64,000 nt of DNA from Planctomycetota bacterium (GTDB taxonomy: Bacteria > Planctomycetota > UBA11346), in contig JAFLCQ010000003.1 in the NCBI GenBank assembly GCA_017302815.1, positions 2,042 through 66,041 of the forward strand, written 5' to 3'. Of this stretch, positions 1 through 8,086 are shown piece after piece. The notes under the pieces are model-generated. The model saw only the letters and a list, made by a program, of their open reading frames with translations, did not search any database and was not told where the DNA came from. How positions within the stretch are numbered: position 1 is the first letter of the stretch; each line of letters begins with the position of its first letter. The translations under genes were made by a program, and so were the position numbers.

Positions 1-1
1 G

Positions 2-463
2 ACCGCGCTGCTGGCGCTTGGCGCGCCGCTGAGCGCCGCCGACGAGCACGCCGGCCACAACCATGCCGCCGAGGGCGCGCACGCCCACGGCAAGGCCGAA
101 GCGGTCGGCGCCGTCGACATCAGCGTCTACAAGGTCGCCGTCAGCGCCTCCGGGGCCATCGCCGCCGGCAAGGAGTGGCACGTCGAACTCCGCCTGAACC
201 CCGACCAGCCGGTCCCCAAGGCCATCCGCGTCTGGGTCGGCACCGAGAACGGCCGCGGCTCGGTGAAGGCCAAGGCCGAAGCCGAGAAGGACGCCAAGGG
301 CGAGTACGGCGCCCACGTCGAGGTCCCGAACCCGATCCCGGCCGACAGCAAGCTGTGGATCAGCATCGAGCCGGATAACGGCCAGACCGCCAAGGGCTCG
401 GTCGCCCTGCCGAAGACGGAGGCCACGCACGAGCACAAGGAAGGCGACGGGCACAAGCACTGA
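2..463 (+). CDS. His-rich secreted/periplasmic putative metal-binding protein (5' end outside window)
   Basis: Frame 2 is open from the window edge to TGA at 461-463; the track lists it only from the internal Met at 263. Translation TALLALGAPLSAADEHAGHNHAAEGAHAHGKAEAV...THEHKEGDGHKH looks like a signal-peptide tail followed by a small domain flanked by His-rich segments. It lies beside copper genes. Confidence 0.6.
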   Translation, partial: TALLALGAPLSAADEHAGHNHAAEGAHAHGKAEAVGAVDISVYKVAVSASGAIAAGKEWHVELRLNPDQPVPKAIRVWVGTENGRGSVKAKAEAEKDAKGEYGAHVEVPNPIPADSKLWISIEPDNGQTAKGSVALPKTEATHEHKEGDGHKH

Positions 464-522
464 CAGCGCGAGATGCCCATCGGCGCCAGGGCGCATGGCA
501 CGGCAACCGTGCGCCCTGGCCA

Positions 523-660
523 TCGATGACATCGCGCAATCGTGCAGGAGGTGCTGGTCGACCGCCTTGGGAACCCAGACGTCCTGAGCGAGGCGCCATC
601 CGGTCAGGAAGGCGGGTTCAGTTACTACCGTATGGTTGGGAGCACCCTCAACGCGCTACG
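523..660 (+). pseudogene. Internal fragment of an ECF sigma gene (decayed copy of the 2818-3525 gene)
   Basis: About 140 nt are clearly alignable by eye with about 2964-3105 of the intact gene (IVQEVLVDLLGKPEVLAKAQPGQGSKFRYY vs VQEVLVDRLGNPDVLSEAPSGQEGGFSYY). An extra 8 nt (cgcaatcg, 535-542) shifts the frame and an in-frame TGA lies just upstream. The N- and C-terminal parts of the gene are missing. Confidence 0.6.
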
Positions 661-684
661 TCCGCGCCAGCAGCCGCGGGCCCG

Positions 685-1956
685 CTACAACGAACGGGCG
701 ATGGATTGGAGCGGTTTGAGGCCGGATCCGAAGCGTGCCATCGTCAGGCGGTGCTGTTCGAGCTCGCCATAAGGGATGTAGCGCAGTCTCGGACCACCGG
801 CGATCCGGAAGGCGGGGCGGCGGAGCTGGTCGCGGACGTCCGTTTCACGGTCATCTGGTGCGACGATGTAGAGTTCCGGCAGCATGGCAGGCGAGCCGCT
901 GAGAGCGAGATCCCACAACCGCACCACGCCGGAATAGATCGAGGTGGTGTGTTCGACCTCGAACGCGGCCGCGACCTCGCCCGAGGGCTGCAGCCAGAGC
1001 ACGTCGATGAGCCGCACCGCGTCGGCACCAGCGGTCTCGGTGAAGGGGCCGGGCAGGGTTTCGAGGCAGCCATCGCCCAATCGTCCCGTCCCCCAGACCC
1101 GGCCGCGGTCGTTGGCAGCGATCCACACGCGGAAACCCAGTGCATGGCCAAGGTCGCGCAGCCATGCCTGAATCTCGATGTGGGTGCGTTCGCTGGCGCC
1201 CTCGCGTTCGGCGGCAGCGGTTGCCTTACCCGAAACGGCCCGGACCTGGGCGAGATCGGCCAGCCACAATGCCTGGGCCTCTGGCTGATCCGTCCGCGGC
1301 GGCGCCTGGTAGCGGCCCGAGCCGAGGTCGAAGAGCAGTGCCGCGATTGCGCCCAGATCATTGGAGAGCAGGGCGCGGTGCTCCTGGTTCAGGCGCAGGA
1401 TGCCGGTGCGCATCGCCAGGTACTCCGACCAGCGACCAAGTTTCACCCGTGCGCCAGTGAGGGCGTTGTAGCCGTTGACGATCGCGGTGTTGCTGGGCGG
1501 AGCGAGGGTCGGATGCAGGAAGTAGAGCAGGTTGGCGACCGCTGGACCGAGCCCCTTGATGCCGACCGCGTCGAGTCGGTGGATGGCGTCGACGATGGCA
1601 TCTTCGCCCGCGCAGCACGCGCAGGTGGCGAGGAAGCGCCCGAAAGCGCGCTGGTTCTCCGCATGTTCGTAGATGTCGGGGATGCGCAGCTTCGGCTTCC
1701 ACAGAAAGGCATGGTCAGCCCCCGCGAAGAGCTGGCGCTGCTCGGCTACCGAAGCGACCACCGTTTCGAGCGAGGAGCCGCGGTAGTCGTTACCGAAGGA
1801 TCCCCGTTCGATCTCGTCGACGACGACGGCCAGTCCACGACGGATGGAACCGAAGTTCTTGAGCCGGTCGCCCCAGAGAAACCAACGGGTATAGCTGCTG
1901 CCGGGATCGGCACGCCACCGGGTGATGAGAGCGGAGAGCGCTTCGCTGTCGGGCAT
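685..1956 (-). CDS. Restriction-endonuclease-like (PD-(D/E)xK-type) protein with HhH-like N-terminal region; family not recognised
   Basis: 423-aa ORF. The C-terminal third shows a nuclease-like pattern (THIEIQAWLRDLGHALGF ... RLIDVLWL ... AAFEVEHTTSIYSGVVRLWDL). The N-terminal part contains GIKGLGPAVANLL, which is helix-hairpin-helix-like. Its 3' end abuts the sigma-gene fragment. Confidence 0.4.
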   Translation of the reverse strand: MPDSEALSALITRWRADPGSSYTRWFLWGDRLKNFGSIRRGLAVVVDEIERGSFGNDYRGSSLETVVASVAEQRQLFAGADHAFLWKPKLRIPDIYEHAENQRAFGRFLATCACCAGEDAIVDAIHRLDAVGIKGLGPAVANLLYFLHPTLAPPSNTAIVNGYNALTGARVKLGRWSEYLAMRTGILRLNQEHRALLSNDLGAIAALLFDLGSGRYQAPPRTDQPEAQALWLADLAQVRAVSGKATAAAEREGASERTHIEIQAWLRDLGHALGFRVWIAANDRGRVWGTGRLGDGCLETLPGPFTETAGADAVRLIDVLWLQPSGEVAAAFEVEHTTSIYSGVVRLWDLALSGSPAMLPELYIVAPDDRETDVRDQLRRPAFRIAGGPRLRYIPYGELEQHRLTMARFGSGLKPLQSIARSL

Positions 1957-2093
1957 GTCAGCCTGTACCGCATGCAGACCGCTTCGGCAACCCGTGCCGG
2001 GCGCATGAACCGGCCGTCATGTGGATGTGCCTGCCGCGCCGGATGGCCCATGAGACCATCCGGCGCCGGTTGTCGCCCGTTTCACTCGGCAGT

Positions 2094-2573
2094 TCAGCGG
2101 CTGCACAGTGACTGGCAGGCCGCATCGGCGGCATTCAGCGCATCCTGGTCGGACTGGCCCTTCTGCTTCAGCAGGCCGCCTTTGGGGCCGACGGCCGGGG
2201 CCACGTAGCGGCTGCAGTGGGCCGGCGCGGCGGCGACCGTCGGTACGCCGGTCGCATCGCTATGGAGGGCCGCGTTCGTGCCCTTGCGGGTGTCACCGCC
2301 CTTGGGGCCGATGTACCAGGGCCGCTCGCTGGCCACGGCGACGACCGGGGTCGCGGCGGTGAGGGTGGTATCGGCAGCGGTGCGGTAGGCGGCGCCATTC
2401 TTGCCCTGGCGGAGGTCACCGCCCTTGGGGCCGATGTACCAGGGCCGCTCGGCGACCGCGGTCGGGGCCGCGGGGGCGCAGCACGTGCCGGTGACGGCAG
2501 GAGCGGCATCGACGGTCGCAGCGGCGACGGTGGAAGCGAGAAGGATGAGGGTGGGGATGATGGCGAGGCGCAT
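2094..2573 (-). CDS. Secreted repeat protein, PWYIGPKGGD-repeat family (2 full + 1 degenerate repeat)
   Basis: Start chosen at Met giving MRLAIIPTLILLASTVAAATVDA (signal peptide); the track ORF extends upstream to 2900. Two ERPWYIGPKGGD(L/T)R(Q/K)G units lie 41 aa (123 nt) apart, plus a degenerate VGPKGGLLKQKG. Cys residues sit near both ends. Paralogue of 18455-18886. Confidence 0.7.
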   Translation of the reverse strand: MRLAIIPTLILLASTVAAATVDAAPAVTGTCCAPAAPTAVAERPWYIGPKGGDLRQGKNGAAYRTAADTTLTAATPVVAVASERPWYIGPKGGDTRKGTNAALHSDATGVPTVAAAPAHCSRYVAPAVGPKGGLLKQKGQSDQDALNAADAACQSLCSR

Positions 2574-2817
2574 GGCTGACTCCGGGGTTGAGGTGGGTAG
2601 CGGCCACTGGTAGCGGGGGCCGTAAAACGTTGTGAACTCGGCAGTTGTCTCATCCGGAGCTACGCAATTCAGCGTGAGACAAACCCCGTCCTGATGACGT
2701 TTTCTGTCTATGCCCATCGTCGTCGGCTTCCGCTGGCCCTGACAGCGGCCGGAGACACCCCCGCGTCGTGTCGCTGGAGGCAACTGGCGCGGGGGAGTGC
2801 ATGGACACACTGCCGTC

Positions 2818-3525
2818 ATGTACGCCTTCCCCAACACCCGTTGGAGCCTGATCGCCGCCTTGCCGCACCAACCGCAGCAGGTGGGCACGCTGATCGCCAT
2901 CTACGCCGATGCGATCGGCGCCTACCTGCATACCCGGCTGGTTGGCGAGCGCGTTGAACGGGTCGATGACATCGTGCAGGAGGTGCTGGTCGACCTCCTC
3001 GGGAAGCCCGAGGTCCTGGCCAAGGCACAACCCGGCCAGGGAAGCAAGTTTCGCTACTACCTCATGAACCTGGCCTGGTTGGGAGCACTCAACGCGCTAC
3101 GGCATCACCGGCGCCGGGATCACGCCGCACCCGAAGCGCACAACTCGGATGGCGAGGATGTCGCCCGCGTCGAACAACTGGGGGCGAGCGTGCCTGCGCC
3201 CGAGCAGGCCGCCATGGATCGGGCCTGGGCCGTTGGCGTCATTCAGGGCGCCTTGGATGATCTGCGTGTGCTGGTTGATGGCGGACGCCTACCGCCAGAT
3301 GCGTTGCAGATCCTGACGCGCAATCTTGTCGACGGACAGGCGTTGCGGGACATTGCCGCCGACATGGCCATGCCCGTGGCCACGTGCCATCGCCGGTGCG
3401 CCCACGCCCGCACAGCCCTGCAGGAAGCCATCGCCGCACGCCTGCGCCTGGTTGGCGAACTCGGCCCCGAGGATGATCCGACGACCGCGTGTGATGTGCT
3501 GCTCAAGGCGATCGCCCACGGATAG
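2818..3525 (+). CDS. ECF-type sigma-70 family factor (FPNTRWSLI N-terminus)
   Basis: MYAFPNTRWSLIAAL is the N-terminal signature of a class of ECF sigmas. It is followed by a region-2-like DDIVQEVLVDLL and a region-4-like HTH (GQALRDIAADMAMPVATCHRRCAHAR). An alternative GTG start lies at 2797. Confidence 0.7.
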   Translation: MYAFPNTRWSLIAALPHQPQQVGTLIAIYADAIGAYLHTRLVGERVERVDDIVQEVLVDLLGKPEVLAKAQPGQGSKFRYYLMNLAWLGALNALRHHRRRDHAAPEAHNSDGEDVARVEQLGASVPAPEQAAMDRAWAVGVIQGALDDLRVLVDGGRLPPDALQILTRNLVDGQALRDIAADMAMPVATCHRRCAHARTALQEAIAARLRLVGELGPEDDPTTACDVLLKAIAHG

Positions 3526-3533
3526 ACAGCCAT

Positions 3534-5819
3534 TCACGACTGGCGCGGATCATCCCGATCGGATGACGCCCGATGACGCGCCTCGGGATGCTGGAGTGCG
3601 AAGCGCAAGCGCCAGGCATTGAGCAGCACCAGGGTGCTGGAGAGGGCCATGGCGGCGCTGGCGATCATCGGACTCAAGGACCAGCCGGTGATGGGAAGGA
3701 AGACGCCGGCTGCGAGCGGGATGCCCAGGAGGTTGAAGGCGAACGCCCACGCCAGGTTCTGCCGGATGGCCCGGGTCGTGGCCCGGGCGATGTGCAGCGT
3801 GACCGGCAGAGCGGCGATGCCACCCTGCGCCAGCACGACATCGGCTGCGGCCTGCGCCACCTGGGTGCCGTTCCCCATGGCGATACCCAGGTTCGCACCG
3901 GCGACAGCCGGAGCGTCGTTGAGGCCATCACCCACCATGGCGACCACGCGACCACGCGCTTGTGCGCTGGCCACCAGGGCGGCTTTGCGCTCGGGCGTCG
4001 TCTCGGCATGCACCGTGGTGATGCCCAGATCCTGCGCCACCGCTTCGGCAACGGCCATACGATCGCCGGTGACCATGGCCACCGCGATGCCCAGGTTCCG
4101 CAGGTCGGCGACCGCCTGCCGTGCCGCCGGCGTTGGCACATCCAGGACGCCCAGGACGCCGACAGCGACGCCATCCCTGGCGACAACCAGGGGTGTCCGA
4201 CCGGCGCGGGCCAGGCGCTCGGCGTCAGGTTGCACCGCAGCAACGGCAATGCCCAGGCTTGCCAGCCAGGTGATCGTGCCGATGGCGATCATCTGGTCAC
4301 CGATCCGGGCGCCCACACCATGCCCAGGCACGACGGTCGACGCTGGCGCATCGCGCAGATCCAGGCTGCGGTCCTGGGCGGCGCGCACCACGGCACGACC
4401 GAGTGGATGCTCGCTGCCAACCTCGACCAGCGCGGCGAGATGGAGCAACCGCTCCTCGCCCACGCCCGGCTGGGGTACGATGTCGACCAGGCGCGGCTCC
4501 CCCGTGGTCAGGGTCCCGGTCTTGTCGAGCAGCACGGTATCGATGCGGCTGGCCGTCTCGATCGCCGCACCGCCCCGCATGAGGATGCCCAGCTGTGCCG
4601 CCCGCCCGATGCCAACGCTGATGGCGGCGGGAGTCGCCAGGCCCAGCGCGCACGGACAGGCGATGACCAGGACGGCGACGGCGTGGCTGATGCCCATGCG
4701 GAATCCGTCCATGCCGGGCATGGCAAACATCCAGCCCAGAACCGTCAGCACCGCGATGCCCAGGACGACGGGGACGAAGATGGCGCTGAGGCGATCTGCC
4801 ATCCGGGCGATCGGCGCCCGTCCGTTCTGCGCCGACGCCACCGCGGCCATGATCCGGCCGATCGTCGCCGCCGCACCGACGGCCGTGGCGCGTACGGTCA
4901 CCATGCCCGTCCGGTTCAGGGTGCCCGCCTGCACGGTGTCGCCTGGTTGAGCCTCGACCGGCAGGCTCTCGCCCGTGACCAGGGCGGCATCGATCAGGGT
5001 GCGCCCCGTGATGATGACGCCATCCGTCGGAAAGCGCTCTCCAGGGCGCACCCGTACCACATCGCCCGGCATCAGGACGGACGCTGCCACCGTCTCGGGG
5101 ACGCCATCCACCATGCGCTCAGCGTGGTCGGGTTGCAGGGCCGCCAACCCCGCCACGGCATCAGCCAGCCGTCGCCGGGCGCCAACCTCCAGCCAACGTC
5201 CGGTCAGCACCGCCGTCAGGATGACGGCTGCCGCCTCGGCATAGAGTTCGGGGTGATGGCCACCGCCCCAGAGAACCTGGGTCCAACTGGCGACAGAACT
5301 CCCCCAGGCGGCCAGGACACCCAATGTCACCAAGGTGTTCATGTCCAGACTGCCATGGCGAACGCCCCGCCAGGCAGCCAACAGGATACGCCTGCCCGGT
5401 CCAAGCATGATCGCGGTGGTCAGCAGGATCTGCAGTGGAGCATCCCACCAGCTGCCGGTCCCCGGCAGGAGGCCATGGCTCATGGCCAGGATCACCACCG
5501 GCGTCGTCAGGACGGCGGCCTGGATGGCCGCTCGTGCCAGATCCCGCGATTCGGTCTGCACCGCACGTTCGTGGACGGCGTGGGCATCACGATCTCCGAC
5601 CGGCTCGGCGCCATAGCCCAGATCCCTGATCCGGCTGACAGCCTGTGCAACAACGCCAGGCGCCGGGGCAGCCGTCGTCACCAGGGCTTGCCGGGTGATC
5701 AGATCGACGGACGCAGCCTCGATGCCGGGAACGCCGCGGAGAGCCGTGGTAACCCGGCGCACGCAGGCGGCACAGGTCATGCCGGTAATGGACAGGGTGG
5801 TCTCGGTGGACGGATTCAT
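3534..5819 (-). CDS. copA: Copper-translocating P1B-type ATPase
   Basis: N-terminal HMA domain with GMTCAACV, membrane CPC motif (VIACPCALGLATP), phosphorylation site DKTGTLT and hinge GDGLNDAPA. Start placed at MNPSTETTLSITGMTCAAC (5819); the track ORF begins at 5891. Confidence 0.9.
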   Translation of the reverse strand: MNPSTETTLSITGMTCAACVRRVTTALRGVPGIEAASVDLITRQALVTTAAPAPGVVAQAVSRIRDLGYGAEPVGDRDAHAVHERAVQTESRDLARAAIQAAVLTTPVVILAMSHGLLPGTGSWWDAPLQILLTTAIMLGPGRRILLAAWRGVRHGSLDMNTLVTLGVLAAWGSSVASWTQVLWGGGHHPELYAEAAAVILTAVLTGRWLEVGARRRLADAVAGLAALQPDHAERMVDGVPETVAASVLMPGDVVRVRPGERFPTDGVIITGRTLIDAALVTGESLPVEAQPGDTVQAGTLNRTGMVTVRATAVGAAATIGRIMAAVASAQNGRAPIARMADRLSAIFVPVVLGIAVLTVLGWMFAMPGMDGFRMGISHAVAVLVIACPCALGLATPAAISVGIGRAAQLGILMRGGAAIETASRIDTVLLDKTGTLTTGEPRLVDIVPQPGVGEERLLHLAALVEVGSEHPLGRAVVRAAQDRSLDLRDAPASTVVPGHGVGARIGDQMIAIGTITWLASLGIAVAAVQPDAERLARAGRTPLVVARDGVAVGVLGVLDVPTPAARQAVADLRNLGIAVAMVTGDRMAVAEAVAQDLGITTVHAETTPERKAALVASAQARGRVVAMVGDGLNDAPAVAGANLGIAMGNGTQVAQAAADVVLAQGGIAALPVTLHIARATTRAIRQNLAWAFAFNLLGIPLAAGVFLPITGWSLSPMIASAAMALSSTLVLLNAWRLRFALQHPEARHRASSDRDDPRQS

Positions 5820-5948
5820 GATGGTCCTCACCCCAGCTGACGGCCCGATCGCCCGCCGATGACGGATGTCCTTGGAGGCTGTCCCTGCCATGTAGAAGGT
5901 TGGAGGAACCAGCCTGAGACGGGGCCGCTTGGGCGGTGGTTGTTCTAT

Positions 5949-6770
5949 ATGGGCCTACCGCGTCCGCTGCTGCTGCTGGCCATGGTCGCCGTCGCTACCG
6001 CCGCCGATCCCGTCAACCGGATGTGCCCGGTCCTGCCGGATGAGCCCGTCGATCCAGCCTTCCAGACCGCTTGGAATGGGCAGGTCGTTGGGTTGTGCTG
6101 CGCCCGCTGTGTTCGCCAGTTTACCGCCAACCCTCTACAATATATCGTGAAGCCTGCCACTCCAGTGGCAGCGACCCTGCCCGCGCCGACATCCAGCGCC
6201 AACCACGCGGACCATGCCCTGGCGCAGCATGATGGTCAGGCTGCTGCGACGCCCGTCCCGGCGTCAGCCGCCGGGCACGGTGGTCACGACCATGCCACCG
6301 GCGGCCATGATCACGGAACGGGGTCCACGGCTCCCCGACTCGTCGCCTGGTTGGGTCGATTCCACCCCGTCGTCGTGCATTTCCCCATCGCCCTGAGCAT
6401 CCTGGCCGCCTTGGCCGCCGTACTGGGGCGGCTCAGGGCCAGCGAACCTTTCCGGCACACCGCCCGGATCGCGATCCATGGCGCAGCTGCGACAGCCATC
6501 CCAGCCATCCTGCTCGGCTGGTTCGCCGCCGCCGCCACGCCCCATCCGGGGCTGGACGCGGTACTCGCCTGGCATCGCTGGTTGGGCACGGCGGCTGGAG
6601 CAGGCTTGATCGCGGTGGCCGTCTGCACCGAACTGGCGCACCGGCAGATAGACCGCTCGCCGTGGGCCTGGCTGGTCGTCATCGGCAGCACCCTGATGGC
6701 CCTGGTGGTCGGTGTCGTGGGCCACCTCGGTGGCATCCTGATCTTCGGCCCGGACCACTTCACGTGGTAG
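5949..6770 (+). CDS. Membrane protein: N-terminal YHS/TRASH-like Cys domain, His-rich linker, DUF2231-like membrane domain
   Basis: MGLPRPLLLLAMVAVATAA signal/anchor, then CPVLPDEPVD...VGLCCARCVRQFTANP, a His-rich linker (GHGGHDHATGGHDHG), then HPVVVHFPIAL and several TM helices. Start at ATG 5949. Confidence 0.65.
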   Translation: MGLPRPLLLLAMVAVATAADPVNRMCPVLPDEPVDPAFQTAWNGQVVGLCCARCVRQFTANPLQYIVKPATPVAATLPAPTSSANHADHALAQHDGQAAATPVPASAAGHGGHDHATGGHDHGTGSTAPRLVAWLGRFHPVVVHFPIALSILAALAAVLGRLRASEPFRHTARIAIHGAAATAIPAILLGWFAAAATPHPGLDAVLAWHRWLGTAAGAGLIAVAVCTELAHRQIDRSPWAWLVVIGSTLMALVVGVVGHLGGILIFGPDHFTW

Positions 6771-6861
6771 GTGGGTCCGAATACCCTGAGACAGATGTGC
6801 GAAGCCGGACGTTCCCTTGTGAACCCTGGTTCGCCACGAACCGCCATCCCCGGAGTCTGCC

Positions 6862-7149
6862 ATGCGTCCCACCGCCCTCGTCCTTGGCCTAACGGCTACC
6901 CTCACCCTCATCGCCGCCGGCTGCTCTGACCGCAGCGCCGCCGCCGGTCCCAAGCCCTACCCGCTGAACACCTGCCCGATCACCGGGGAGAAGCTCGGTT
7001 CGATGGGCGAACCCATCACCGTCATCAAGGACGGTTACGAAGTGAAGTTCTGCTGCCAGGAGTGCGTCGACAAGTTCACCAAGCACCCGTCCAAGGTCAT
7101 GGACAAGGTGAAATCGGCGCACGAGCCCACCCCGCACATGGGCGGCTGA
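6862..7149 (+). CDS. Lipoprotein with YHS/TRASH-like metal-binding domain
   Basis: Lipobox LIAAGC, then CPITGEKL...YEVKFCCQECVDKFTKHP. Paralogue of 17715-18050 and of domains in 5949-6770 and 15600-16073. Confidence 0.7.
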   Translation: MRPTALVLGLTATLTLIAAGCSDRSAAAGPKPYPLNTCPITGEKLGSMGEPITVIKDGYEVKFCCQECVDKFTKHPSKVMDKVKSAHEPTPHMGG

Positions 7150-7301
7150 TCCGCGCAACCGCTCAGCATCGACCGCTCGATACGGGGAGAAGCCATGGTC
7201 ATCCTTCTACGGTTATCGCTCCACCGCCAATGCAGTCCGTCATGATCGGCAGCGATAGCCGTCTGCACCAATAGGCCACGTATCACCGGCCTGGAGCACC
7301 C

Positions 7302-7523
7302 ATGCATACCACCACCCTGACGATCACCGGCATGTCCTGCGGTAGTTGCCGCAACCATGTCGACGCCGCCCTGCGCGCCGTCGCCGGCGTCACCCAGGTG
7401 CACGTCGATCTCGCCGCCGGCTCGGTTCGCATCAGCCACGAGGACGGCGTCATGCCGGCCGACCTCATCCTCGCGGTCGAGGACGCCGGATATGACGCGC
7501 ACCTGCCCGGACCGACGCCATGA
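7302..7523 (+). CDS. copZ: Heavy-metal-associated (HMA) copper chaperone
   Basis: 73 aa with LTITGMSCGSCRNHV (MxCxxC) and the ferredoxin-like HMA pattern. Its stop overlaps the next start (ATGA at 7520-7523). Confidence 0.85.
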   Translation: MHTTTLTITGMSCGSCRNHVDAALRAVAGVTQVHVDLAAGSVRISHEDGVMPADLILAVEDAGYDAHLPGPTP

Positions 7524-8086
7524 CCACGCCGGCGCAACGCGAAGCCCAAGCTGGGTTGCTGGCTGATCTGGGCCGTTTCAGGGCTTTCATCCGCCGCCGG
7601 GTGGCCGATCCGCACACCGCCGACGACATCCTCCAGGATGCCCTGCTGCGGGCCACCCGGCACCTCGACCAGCTCCAGGACACCGAGCGGATCGATGCCT
7701 GGTTCTACCGCATCATCCGCCATGCGATCGGTGATCGAGCGGGGTCGCGGCCGATGCAGGCGCTGGATCTCGAACCGGCAGCATTCGCTGCCGATCAAGC
7801 CGAGGTGTGCCGCTGCCTGTTTCCGCTCATCGGCCGTCTTCCCCCGGACCAGGCCGAGGCGATCCGCGTCATCGATCTGGCGGATGGCGATCCGGCATTG
7901 CTGGCACGCAACGCCGGGGTGGAGATCAACACCATCCATGCACGACGGTCGCGGGCCCGCTCGGGCCTACGCGATCTGCTGCAGCAGGCCTGCCGCGCCT
8001 GCGCCACCCACGGTTGTCAGGATTGCGACTGCGCACCATCGCCAGACGGGGTGCGGCGACCCACGCCGTCGGCAGGGGTTCAATGA
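7520..8086 (+). CDS. ECF sigma factor with Cys-rich C-terminal extension (CorE-like)
   Basis: Region 2 (ADDILQDALLRATRHL, WFYRIIRHAI) and region 4 (LPPDQAEAIRVIDLADGDPALLARNAGVEINTIHARRSRAR), plus an internal CRC and a C-terminal CRACATHGCQDCDC. Translationally coupled to copZ. Confidence 0.75.
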   Translation: MTTPAQREAQAGLLADLGRFRAFIRRRVADPHTADDILQDALLRATRHLDQLQDTERIDAWFYRIIRHAIGDRAGSRPMQALDLEPAAFAADQAEVCRCLFPLIGRLPPDQAEAIRVIDLADGDPALLARNAGVEINTIHARRSRARSGLRDLLQQACRACATHGCQDCDCAPSPDGVRRPTPSAGVQ

